A DNA stretch of 64,000 nucleotides from Verrucomicrobiota bacterium (GTDB taxonomy: Bacteria > Verrucomicrobiota > Verrucomicrobiia > Limisphaerales > Palsa-1400). The stretch is from assembly GCA_049510745.1 (NCBI GenBank), contig JBEKYR010000002.1, positions 218,924 to 282,923 of the forward strand, read 5' to 3'. The notes under the pieces are model-generated. The model was given only the letters and a program-made list of their open reading frames with translations, was not told where the DNA came from and did not search any database. The translations under genes and the position numbers were made by a program. Positions 19,975 through 31,198 of this stretch are shown in pieces (position 1 is the first letter of the stretch; the number at the start of each line of letters is the position of its first letter).

Positions 19975-21975
19975 TCAAAACAGATTTTCTTTGGCTTCGA
20001 TGCCTACCCCGGACCCTCCCCAGCGCGCCCAGACCGGCAGTTGGCAGCGCAGCGTCTCCGCCATGGCCCGCAACAACAGTACTTGATTGTCCTGCAAGGC
20101 TCCCCCCGCCGCCGCCGCCTTGGCGCACGCCCAGACGATGTTTTGCTTGACGGTCAACGTCGCACGGGACAATCTCTCCAAGGCGCCGCACACGGCGGCC
20201 AAATCACAGTCCCCCTCTTCCAAAAGCGCCATCGAAACCGTTGGGTCCTCCATTTCCGCCACCCCGCGCGCGAAGGCTCCCTCCGTATCGTGGTCCGCCT
20301 TGCGGGCAATGGCCGAGAGTAGGACCGCGCAATCGTTCCCCACCGCTTCGGCGTCGGGAGGCGAGCCGACCGGTTCCTCGGCTGCCACGGTGTTCGCCGG
20401 CACAAGCCGCGACAGAATCGTCAGAAGCGTGAATTCAAACAGGTTCCCCACCACGCCGCCCTCCAGCAGCGCCTGAACATTTTCCATCCAGGCGGAGTAA
20501 TCGTCCACTTTAAGCCGGCGCAGAGCCGGCAGCGCCTCGTCGAGCAACGCCAGTTTTCTCCGGTCGTCCATCGCCGCCACGGCGGATTCAAGTTGCAGGG
20601 CCTGGCCATACCCCGCCGGGTCCTTCTCCTGCAAATCTTTATATTGACTCTCGCTCCGTCTTTCCCCGCTGCTCAACAGCAGGGCGTAAGTGAGCGCGAC
20701 GGCTCCTTGCGGGAGCCTGATAATCGCGTGCAAGTTCGTGGCCAACTGCGACGGCGATTCCTTCAAGCTCTGGATGCACTCCACCACTTTTTCGGAGTCA
20801 ACCTCCGGGTTGCCGGTGTGGAAGGGCGGCCCGGTCACAAGCGCGCCCACCACTTGATCGAAGTGCCGCTCGCGCTCCTTGGCGGAAATCGGCAGCATCG
20901 CCACTTTCGGAAACTGGCCGTCAAAAGCCGGATCGACGCCCAGAATCCGCTTCACCAACGGCGGATGCGACTCCAGAAACGACAGCCAGGATTCAAACCT
21001 GTAGCTGACAAAAAACAAATGGCTGATCGTCTCGGCCTCCGGGCTGTCCAGGCGTCCTTCTTTGGGCAGGCCGCCGATCTTTTTCAAAGCCCCGGCCAGG
21101 CCGGCGGGATTGCGGGTGAACTGAACGGCGGCCGCGTCGGCCAGCCATTCGCGCTCGCGGCAGATCGCGCTTTTGATCCAGCGGCAAAAGGGACGGCCCG
21201 GGCAACCGAGAACCTTGAGAATTCCGCCGAGCACGATGAGCGGCAATTGCCAGATATTCCACGCGTCTGCCTCCCAGTCTCCCCGGTTGGTCCACGAACG
21301 GCCAATCGTGTCCAGCACAAGGATGCCGTGAACCCAGCCCGTCAACCGCAGCTTCAGGATCGTGTCGCCATTGACGATATGGCTGAATTCATGGGCCATG
21401 ACCGCCTGCATTTCATCACGATCCAGCAGCCGCAGGCAGCCTCGCGTCACGATGATTACCATGTCTTCGGCCTTGAAACCCGCCGCGAAGGCGTTGATCC
21501 CGCGTTCATCGTCCAGCACATAGACCGGCGGCGCGCCTGCTCCCGAAGCGACCGCCATTTCTTCCACCACGTCCCGCAGCTTTTGCTCGTCCGCATCGTT
21601 CTCCGGCTGCAAAGGGCGCGCTTCGAGAATTTCCGCCACCGCCGTTCCGCCTGCCGCCAGTTGCCTGACTTTCCAGATTGTTCCCAGCCCGATTACAGCC
21701 AGAGTCGCGGCACTCACGTCGAAAAAAAGAGTTGGGTTCCAGAGTTGGCTGAAAACGGCCGAGGGTTTCATCAAGAATTGGATCGTGTTGCCGAAGAAAT
21801 TCCTGACCAAATTCCAACGTTCTCCGTGCCCGAACCAGCGGTCATTTACCGGGAGAATGAACGGCGCCACCAGAAAATACGTCACCACCACGACCCACAC
21901 GACCGCCAGAAACAAATAAACCAGCAACAACCGCGTATCGCGCCGCGCCTTCTCCTGTTGCTCGAAAAAGTCCAT
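19975..21975 (-). CDS. M48 (HtpX-like) membrane zinc protease with C-terminal extension
   Basis: MDFFEQQ, VVEEMA, INAFAAG, AHEFSH, REWLADAAAVQFTRNP, SHPPL. Confidence 0.9.
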   Translation of the reverse strand: MDFFEQQEKARRDTRLLLVYLFLAVVWVVVVTYFLVAPFILPVNDRWFGHGERWNLVRNFFGNTIQFLMKPSAVFSQLWNPTLFFDVSAATLAVIGLGTIWKVRQLAAGGTAVAEILEARPLQPENDADEQKLRDVVEEMAVASGAGAPPVYVLDDERGINAFAAGFKAEDMVIIVTRGCLRLLDRDEMQAVMAHEFSHIVNGDTILKLRLTGWVHGILVLDTIGRSWTNRGDWEADAWNIWQLPLIVLGGILKVLGCPGRPFCRWIKSAICREREWLADAAAVQFTRNPAGLAGALKKIGGLPKEGRLDSPEAETISHLFFVSYRFESWLSFLESHPPLVKRILGVDPAFDGQFPKVAMLPISAKERERHFDQVVGALVTGPPFHTGNPEVDSEKVVECIQSLKESPSQLATNLHAIIRLPQGAVALTYALLLSSGERRSESQYKDLQEKDPAGYGQALQLESAVAAMDDRRKLALLDEALPALRRLKVDDYSAWMENVQALLEGGVVGNLFEFTLLTILSRLVPANTVAAEEPVGSPPDAEAVGNDCAVLLSAIARKADHDTEGAFARGVAEMEDPTVSMALLEEGDCDLAAVCGALERLSRATLTVKQNIVWACAKAAAAGGALQDNQVLLLRAMAETLRCQLPVWARWGGSGVGIEAKENLF

Positions 21976-22005
21976 CGCTATTGGATTTTTTCCTCCGGAA
22001 AAACC

Positions 22006-22806
22006 CTAGGTCTTGAGAAAATATCCCCGTTGTTTCTCCGAGATCGGCCTCCCCAGTTTTTCCATCACTTGCAGCATGTCTTCCCACACTTTGCGCTTTT
22101 CAGTCAAGGCTTGATTGCGGAGAAGATAGGCGGGATGAAACGTCGGCATCAGGGGTATCCCCCGGAAGATCTGAAATTTTCCCCGCAGTTTTCCGATTCC
22201 TTCCGTCTTGCCCAACAAGCCTTCGATGGCTGTGGCTCCGAGGGCCACCATGACCTTCGGCTGGATCAGTTCAATTTGCTCCAGCAGATACGGCAGGCAT
22301 GTCTTCATTTCGTCGCCCGTCGGTTTGCGGTTCCCGGAAGACTGGCCCGGGGTGTCTGGACGGCATTTGAGGATGTTGGCAATATAAACGGTTTCCCGGC
22401 TCAGCCCCATTGCCTTGATGATGCGGTTCAACAATTGACCCGCCGCCCCGACGAAAGGTTCGCCTTCCCGGTCTTCGTCTGCTCCCGGCGCTTCGCCGAT
22501 AAACATCAACTCGGCGTGAATGTCACCGACGCCGAAGACGACGTTCTTCCGGGTCTTGACCAGGTGCGGACATCTCACGCAAGCCATCGCCCGGCGCCGC
22601 AATTCAACCATCGCTGGTTCTTTGTCCACCGCGCCGTCCGGCGGCTTTTCGAGCTTTTCCACCGATTCTTCCTCGACCACCGGTCGCGGCGGCTGGCGCA
22701 GTTCGGCCAGCGTTTCGGATTGGACACCAAGGAAGCGAACCCCCAGTTCCTTCAGGGTAAGGAGGTATTGTTCCGTCGTTTCGAGAACACGGGCATATTC
22801 ATTCAT
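22006..22806 (-). CDS. Uracil-DNA glycosylase, family 4
   Basis: CVRCPHL, GEAPGADED, PFVGAAGQLL, NILKCRP, TFHPAYLLR. Confidence 0.9.
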   Translation of the reverse strand: MNEYARVLETTEQYLLTLKELGVRFLGVQSETLAELRQPPRPVVEEESVEKLEKPPDGAVDKEPAMVELRRRAMACVRCPHLVKTRKNVVFGVGDIHAELMFIGEAPGADEDREGEPFVGAAGQLLNRIIKAMGLSRETVYIANILKCRPDTPGQSSGNRKPTGDEMKTCLPYLLEQIELIQPKVMVALGATAIEGLLGKTEGIGKLRGKFQIFRGIPLMPTFHPAYLLRNQALTEKRKVWEDMLQVMEKLGRPISEKQRGYFLKT

Positions 22807-22889
22807 TGCGGCCCGATTTTAGCCCCCCTTCGCTGCCGGGCACGACAATCTTGTTAATTGTTGCTCACCGGCAATTCACAAGCGCCCGC

Positions 22890-23999
22890 TCAACTGAGCC
22901 GCATCGGCATGACCACGTAGAGGAACGGGCCATTGATCTTCAAAACGCCCGGACTCAGCTCATCGATCAATTCCAGAAAAACCTCGTCTTCGGTCAACGC
23001 GTTTAACGGCTCGATGAGATAAGCGGGGTTGAAGGCGATGGCCATTTCCTTGCCCTTGTAATTGATCGCCAGGCTCTCGCGGGCTTCGCCGACATCCGGC
23101 GAGTTGGCCGTAATGGCGAGATTATTGCGGCTGACGGCAATTTTGACGGAGTTGGCCTTGTCGCTGGTCATGATCTGGGCGCGCCTGGTAGCAGCCAGGA
23201 ATTCCTCCCGCGGCAGCGCGATTCGCTCCTTGGTTTCAGTCGGAATCACCTGGCGGTAGTTAGGGTAATTGCCTTCAACGAGCTTGGAAAGAACGAGGAC
23301 GGAAAAGCCTTTGTCGTCGTTGAGGGTAAATGAGGCCTGGTTTTCGCCGATGCGAATTTCCACGTCGCCCTTTTCCCCGAGCAGCCGCGCCAGTTCGTTC
23401 ACCGTTTTGGTCGGAATGATGAATTCGCCCTGGCTGGTTTCCGGAATATCGACCTCCTCATCAACCAGCGCCAGCCGGCGGCCATCGGTCGCCACCATCG
23501 TAATCTTATGCTCCTTGAGGCTGATAAAAATGCCGTTGAGCACGTAACGAGACTCGTCGGTGGAAATGGCGAACGAGGTTTTGCGGAGCATTCCTTTGAA
23601 CTTCTCCTGGGGAATTGTGATCTTCTTATCGTCCTTGAGCGTGTGAACGGGAGGAAATTCATCAGCGCTTAAGCCGTTGATTTTGTAAAACGACGCTCCG
23701 GCGCGGACGCTGCAGGCGTTCTTTTCATCCACTTCGAGTTCAATCTCCGGGCTGGTCAATTCCCGGATAATGCTGAAGAACCGTTTTACCGGCGTAGTGC
23801 TGGCACCCATTTTCTTGACGTTTGCCTCGACCGAGCAGGCAATCGTGACGTCGAGGTCCGTTGCGGTGAATTCCAATCTGTTCTCTCCAGTCTTGAGAAG
23901 GACATTGGAAAGAATGGGAAGGGTGGTTCGCGTGCTGACGATGTTTTGCACCGACTGCAAGCCGTGAATCAATTGATCTTTTGCGATGCTGAGATTCAT
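22890..23999 (-). CDS. dnaN: DNA polymerase III beta sliding clamp
   Basis: TLPILSNVLL, ATDL, RYVLNG, VATDGRRLA, GNYPNY, VVMPMR. Confidence 0.97.
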   Translation of the reverse strand: MNLSIAKDQLIHGLQSVQNIVSTRTTLPILSNVLLKTGENRLEFTATDLDVTIACSVEANVKKMGASTTPVKRFFSIIRELTSPEIELEVDEKNACSVRAGASFYKINGLSADEFPPVHTLKDDKKITIPQEKFKGMLRKTSFAISTDESRYVLNGIFISLKEHKITMVATDGRRLALVDEEVDIPETSQGEFIIPTKTVNELARLLGEKGDVEIRIGENQASFTLNDDKGFSVLVLSKLVEGNYPNYRQVIPTETKERIALPREEFLAATRRAQIMTSDKANSVKIAVSRNNLAITANSPDVGEARESLAINYKGKEMAIAFNPAYLIEPLNALTEDEVFLELIDELSPGVLKINGPFLYVVMPMRLS

Positions 24000-24003
24000 G
24001 CTG

Positions 24004-24191
24004 GCCTTTAATAGTTTGTTTCTTCCTTTAAAGGAAGCTTATTAATAATGGCTGTGAATAAGGCAAACAACCGCCGCTGTCAAGGCAGAGTCAACGACTT
24101 CCGCAGAAATCTGAATGTAAATAAGCCGGCGGCTGGAGCGAAGGAACTGAGAAAAACGGGCTTTATTTGCAATAGGCACGATTAATTCACA
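24004..24191. other. Candidate replication origin (oriC)
   Basis: Minus-strand TTATTCACA (24053-24061) followed by GC CAT TAT TAA TAA and an AT-rich tract toward dnaN. Further DnaA-box-like 9-mers at 24116-24124, 24163-24171 and 24183-24191. Confidence 0.6.
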
Positions 24192-24197
24192 AGAAAC

Positions 24198-25343
24198 TCA
24201 AACTTTCCCAGCACGGTTAATGACATTCTTAAGGGCCTCCTGAACTTTAAGAACTTCATCCAAGGTCGAATCCCGGCCAAGGGAGAAGCGGACGAGCGAA
24301 TTGGCAAGGCCGGCTTCGACCCCCATTGCCAGCATGACGTGTGACGGTTCGAGCGATCCCGCTGAGCAAGCCGAACCGCTTGAGGCGCAAATGCCTTCGA
24401 GGTCCAAGCCGGCCAAAATAGTAATGCTGTCGCAACCGGAAACGGTGAAGGCGGCCGTATTGGCAAGGCGCGAGGCAAGGGACCCCCGGAACTCAACGCC
24501 TTCGATGGCTGTTACGGAGGCTATTAAACGGTTCGTCAAGTTCATCAGAACGTTCCTCGAGAATACAGGCGGGCTGAGGAATTTCTCGACAGTCTCGGCG
24601 AGGCCGATGATGGCGGAAAGGTTTTCTGTGCCGGCGCGGCGTTCATTTTCATGGGCGCCACCGAACAAAATGGGGTCCGGGTGAAGAGGAGATTTAATAA
24701 AGAGCGCGCCAGCCCCTTTTGGGCCGTGGAGTTTATGGGCGCAAAACGAAACCAAGTCCGCATTGAATTGGTGAATATCCTCGAAGGCCTCCTTTCCAAA
24801 GTATTGAACGGCATCGGTGTGAAAAAGGACGCCTCGAGAACGGCAGATTTCGCCTAAAACCCCGACGGGTTGAAGAGAACCGGTTTCATTATTCGCCGCC
24901 ATGATCGAGACGAGAACGGTGTCTGGACGAAGGGCCTTCGCCAGATCCTCTGGGGAAACGACTCCTTCTTTGCTGACCGGCAAGCAGGTAACGTTAAAGT
25001 TCTCGTTTTTTTCGAGATATTGGAAGCATTGGAGAACGGAGTGATGCTCGATCGTTGAAGTGATCAGGTGTCGGCCTTTGTCTCGGAGATGGCGGGCCGT
25101 TCCGAAGATGGCGAGGTTGTTGCTCTCGGTTCCGCCGCTGGTGAAAACGACTTCGCCGGAGCGGCAGCGCCAGACTTTGGCGACGCGATCGCGTGCATCG
25201 TCCAGCAAAGCGCGCGCCTTTCGACCAACGTGGTGGACGCTGGAAGGGTTGCCGTAAATTTCATCGAAAAACGGCAGCATGGCGGCTCGGATCTGAACAT
25301 CAAGGGGAGTCGTCGCATTGTAATCGAAATAAATTGTTTTCAT
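24198..25343 (-). CDS. Cysteine desulfurase (IscS/NifS group)
   Basis: YFDYNATTP, GNPSS, FTSGGTESNN, HTDAVQ, HKLHGPKG, SSGSACS. Confidence 0.92.
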   Translation of the reverse strand: MKTIYFDYNATTPLDVQIRAAMLPFFDEIYGNPSSVHHVGRKARALLDDARDRVAKVWRCRSGEVVFTSGGTESNNLAIFGTARHLRDKGRHLITSTIEHHSVLQCFQYLEKNENFNVTCLPVSKEGVVSPEDLAKALRPDTVLVSIMAANNETGSLQPVGVLGEICRSRGVLFHTDAVQYFGKEAFEDIHQFNADLVSFCAHKLHGPKGAGALFIKSPLHPDPILFGGAHENERRAGTENLSAIIGLAETVEKFLSPPVFSRNVLMNLTNRLIASVTAIEGVEFRGSLASRLANTAAFTVSGCDSITILAGLDLEGICASSGSACSAGSLEPSHVMLAMGVEAGLANSLVRFSLGRDSTLDEVLKVQEALKNVINRAGKV

Positions 25344-25356
25344 GCCGCGAGCCGGA

Positions 25357-26496
25357 TCAAACGGAGCTTTTTAAGGTCAGGTCGCGATCAGGATCAATGC
25401 CCCATCGTTTGGCGACGGCCTCCAAATCAGCCGACATGCCCCAGCGATCGGCCTCTGGTGCGGTGGTATGCCTTCGATTGGCGCCCTTCAGCGCCAGGCA
25501 ACCGCGATTATCGCCGATCCGGGCGATGAATTCGCATTCTTCCGGCGACAAGGAGATTTCCGGGAGCAACGCCAATTCATCGACTTTGTCTTCAATGGGT
25601 TTAGCATCCGGCCCCGTTTCCTGAATCAGCGTCGGAACGACGGAATGAACCGGTGGCTGTGATAAGTTCCAGAGGCAGGCCAATTGCAGCAGAGTGAGGT
25701 TGTTCTTTTTTGCGATGGGTCGGAAGAGGTCAACTTTTTCCTTCCCAGCCTCGACCCAGCCGGCCGGACGAAAGGCGCGATGGTCCCGGGGGGCTAATTT
25801 GTGGCCGGCTTTGACGTCATCGTGAAACAAGCCGCCATAATCGCCCATGCGAGTGATTAAATGAACATGATGTTTGACAGTGGCGGGCAGGACAAGCTGG
25901 CCGGGCCACGGTTCGAGAAAATCGAGAATAATCAGGGCCCAGTCGAGGATTTCGCCGAATCGTTCCAGGCAGAGGATAAGGTCGAGCGTGAAACCGTTGG
26001 CTGGTCCCGGCGCGATGCCGATGCGGTCGGTCAATCTGTCATCGACCAGGCTCAACATGGCGGACCAAACGCGGTCGCTCGAATAGCCGAGCGAGTCGGG
26101 ATTGTGAAGGAGCAGCAGATCGAATTTACCGGCCCGGCAGCGGTGGAGGGATTTTTCGGTGGCCATGCGGAGGTAATCGGGGTAATCGCGGGGAGAGCGG
26201 AGAGAGGGATCGGTAAACCGGGGAAAGCCGCGCGCCCCCTGGCGCTGGCCCTTGTAAAAATCATGTCCGACCGCGCCGACGAGGCAATAATCCTGGCGGG
26301 GAAAACCGGCAAGGGCGGAGCCGAGGAGTTGATCGGCAGCCCCGCAACCATAGACATCGGCGGTGAAAAAAGTGCGGACGCCGCATAGAAACGAGCGTTG
26401 TGCGAGCTGAATCCAACGTTCCTCGGGAAGCGGCTCGCCGAAATTAATAAAGCGGCCACCGTTCCAGGCGCCGAAAGCGAGCCGGGTGACATTCAT
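25357..26496 (-). CDS. Aldo/keto reductase family protein
   Basis: LAFGAW, TADVYG.G, EKSL.R, DLLLLHNPD. Confidence 0.8.
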   Translation of the reverse strand: MNVTRLAFGAWNGGRFINFGEPLPEERWIQLAQRSFLCGVRTFFTADVYGCGAADQLLGSALAGFPRQDYCLVGAVGHDFYKGQRQGARGFPRFTDPSLRSPRDYPDYLRMATEKSLHRCRAGKFDLLLLHNPDSLGYSSDRVWSAMLSLVDDRLTDRIGIAPGPANGFTLDLILCLERFGEILDWALIILDFLEPWPGQLVLPATVKHHVHLITRMGDYGGLFHDDVKAGHKLAPRDHRAFRPAGWVEAGKEKVDLFRPIAKKNNLTLLQLACLWNLSQPPVHSVVPTLIQETGPDAKPIEDKVDELALLPEISLSPEECEFIARIGDNRGCLALKGANRRHTTAPEADRWGMSADLEAVAKRWGIDPDRDLTLKSSV

Positions 26497-26584
26497 GCCG
26501 GAATTTTAGGTGGTGAGCGAGGGAGTTGGAAAGACTCATTTCTGGGCGGGGTTTCGTGCCCGAATTCGCAGCGATTCTGTATGA

Positions 26585-26606
26585 CATACTGTCATATGAC
26601 AGCATG
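26585..26606. repeat. 22-bp palindrome, isolated copy of the family at 50.7-50.9 kb
   Basis: CATACTGTCATATGACAGCATG, the exact reverse complement of 50746-50767. Confidence 0.9.
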
Positions 26607-26742
26607 GCTAGTCGGCTGGCTTCGAAACCAAGGCGGTGGTGAACGGGAAGAGAACCTCGCCAAGGTTTGAAGGAGAAACGACATGACCGCGCGAGAGGCT
26701 TGATTCTGTGTGTTGGAGGCGACATGCTGCCTTCCTCGAAAG

Positions 26743-27153
26743 ATGAAATCCAATGAGATTAAGGTCGTAAAGGCCTTTATCGCGGCGATCAACCGGCGGA
26801 GACCTTCTGAGATCTGCGAGTTGATGACGGAGGATCACACTTTCGTTGACTCAGCCGGCGGAAGCACGTCGGGGCGCGAAAAGATGGCCGCCGGATGGGA
26901 GGGGTATTTTCGAATGTTCCCGGACTTCGAAATAAAGGTCGAAAGCATACAGGGGGACAAAGGCTTGGTGGCGGTTTTCGGGTCGACCTCCGGAACCTAT
27001 CAGGGCAAGCGAGGGCTTGTCCCGGAAAACAGGATTGAAATGCCGGCAGCGTGGAGGGCGATAGTGACGAACGGCAAGATCAAGCTTTGGCAGGTTTATG
27101 CGGATTGGACCGAAGGCTGCAAAATAATGGAGGAGGACAAAAATGTGGGCTAG
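26743..27153 (+). CDS. SnoaL-like / NTF2-family protein
   Basis: FIAAIN...LMTEDHTFVD..G....GRE....W..YF.MFPD; WQVYAD. Confidence 0.8.
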   Translation: MKSNEIKVVKAFIAAINRRRPSEICELMTEDHTFVDSAGGSTSGREKMAAGWEGYFRMFPDFEIKVESIQGDKGLVAVFGSTSGTYQGKRGLVPENRIEMPAAWRAIVTNGKIKLWQVYADWTEGCKIMEEDKNVG

Positions 27154-29595
<2,442 letters not shown>

Positions 29596-29729
29596 GGGTT
29601 CAATTTGACTCGTGCGCAATCGTTAACGGCAGCATAGCCTGTGATTGCTGGGTGGCGGGTAATTTTCGGGGTTTCATTTGTAAAATCTTCTCTATCAACG
29701 TCGTTGGCTCGAGGGGAAATACATTTTAA

Positions 29730-30152
29730 TCAGGACTCGCTTGGCTCCCCGAAATTCTCGGGAGGTTCAGCCTTGTTTGTCTCCGCAAACTCCACCAATC
29801 CAAAAGTGTTCGGAGCGGGACGGGTGAATATTTTATGTTCGCGCACATATGAAGCCAGTGAACCGCTTAAAGACGTTTTAGAGTTTTTGGCGACAGGTTT
29901 CCCTAGTTTTGCCAACAATTCTTCAACATGCATCGGCTTCCCATGCTTTTTCAGAACCTCACGAACGTTGGCAAGGTCCGAGCCGGTTCGCAGGGTTATT
30001 TCAGGCTCAGATTGCGCATCTCGCGGAAGCAGCTTGCGCATATCCTCAAGAGCCTCCAAATATGAACTTGCTTCGGCAAGTTGTTTTTCGAGGGCGCGAA
30101 TATCGTCCTTCTTCCGCTCAATTTTTTTCTCTAATTCTTTTTTTATATCCAT
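29730..30152 (-). CDS. Coiled-coil plus winged-HTH protein (HARE-HTH-like)
   Basis: N-terminal heptads, then REVLKKHGKPMHVEELL...SL...F.RPAPNTFGL. Promoter TTGCCA-17-TAGCGT lies 7 nt before ATG. Confidence 0.7.
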   Translation of the reverse strand: MDIKKELEKKIERKKDDIRALEKQLAEASSYLEALEDMRKLLPRDAQSEPEITLRTGSDLANVREVLKKHGKPMHVEELLAKLGKPVAKNSKTSLSGSLASYVREHKIFTRPAPNTFGLVEFAETNKAEPPENFGEPSES

Positions 30153-30271
30153 ACCGTAAACGCTATCGTGAGTTGGATTCGGTGGCAAGGAGAAAATGAA
30201 GAAAAATGAAGAAAACATTTGATTTGCATAAAATGCAGGGCATAATCGGGGACATCAAATTAAGGATAAAT

Positions 30272-31093
30272 ATGAATAATGAAGAAATCATATCAGGATT
30301 TGAGGCTTCCAAACAGATTTCCACAAAAGGGGTGGAGTACTGGACGGCCCGGACCATGCAAAAGCTGCTGGGCTATGACGATTGGCGTAATTTCGAGAAG
30401 GTAATGGAACGTGCCGCCATCTCCGGGAGAAGTGCCGGGATTGATTCGGTGAATCATTTCGTTGGTTTCACCAACATGATCGAAACCGGAAAAGGGGCAA
30501 AGCGCCAATATGACGATTTCTATTTATCGCGTTTCGCCTGTTACCTAATTGCGATGAACGGCGATCCTGCGAAAGTCGAGGTTGCCGCCGCCCAGCAATA
30601 TTTCGCCATCATGACGCGAGAACGAGAATTGGCTCAAAAGTATCTTAATGCTCAAGAAAGGGTCAAATTACGCGACAGAATCAGGGTTGCGAACAAACAT
30701 TTGGCGGGGGCCGCGAAAGCCGCGGGGGTCACCGAATATGGACTGTTTCAACATGCCGGGTATATGGGCTTATACGGAATGGCAGTTGGAGACGTTAAAA
30801 AACGCAAAGGGATTCCTCCAAATGACGAACTCCTTGACCGGGCTGGGAGGCTTGAATTATCCGCCAATGAATTCAGGATTAATCTCACTGAAAATGCGCT
30901 TAAAAAAGAAGGCACGAAAAACGAATTGTCTGCTCGGCAGACTCACTTGCGTATAGGCAAGGGTGTCCGAGCAACCGTCCAGCAAGAAACCGGCAAATCG
31001 CCGGAGGACTTGCCAATAGAGCCTTCAATCAAAAAGATCATCAGCACAGCGAAGCAAAAAAGGGGTCTTCCAAAGCCGAATTCTCCATCTTGA
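30272..31093 (+). CDS. dinD: DNA damage-inducible protein D (BRO-N family)
   Basis: YWTAR...LGY..WRNF, LSRFACYLIAMNGDP.K..VA.AQ.YFA..TR, GYMGLYG, EL.AN.FR. Confidence 0.85.
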   Translation: MNNEEIISGFEASKQISTKGVEYWTARTMQKLLGYDDWRNFEKVMERAAISGRSAGIDSVNHFVGFTNMIETGKGAKRQYDDFYLSRFACYLIAMNGDPAKVEVAAAQQYFAIMTRERELAQKYLNAQERVKLRDRIRVANKHLAGAAKAAGVTEYGLFQHAGYMGLYGMAVGDVKKRKGIPPNDELLDRAGRLELSANEFRINLTENALKKEGTKNELSARQTHLRIGKGVRATVQQETGKSPEDLPIEPSIKKIISTAKQKRGLPKPNSPS

Positions 31094-31130
31094 CCGTCGG
31101 ATTCCCTGTTGAAAAACCCCAGGACGATTC

Positions 31131-31166
31131 CGGGCGCAAAGCCATCTTTGAACAGATTTGCGCCCG
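31131..31166. terminator. Hairpin between convergent genes
   Basis: CGGGCGCAAA-N16-TTTGCGCCCG. Confidence 0.45.
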
Positions 31167-31198
31167 TTTTGGATGCGGCAAGATTGCTCCCGTTTGGG

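Noticed and set aside
20593..22857. 754-aa plus-strand ORF (likewise 47405-49786, 789-2051, 44586-46175)
   Set aside because: Antisense shadows of well-supported genes in high-GC DNA; no recognisable motifs.
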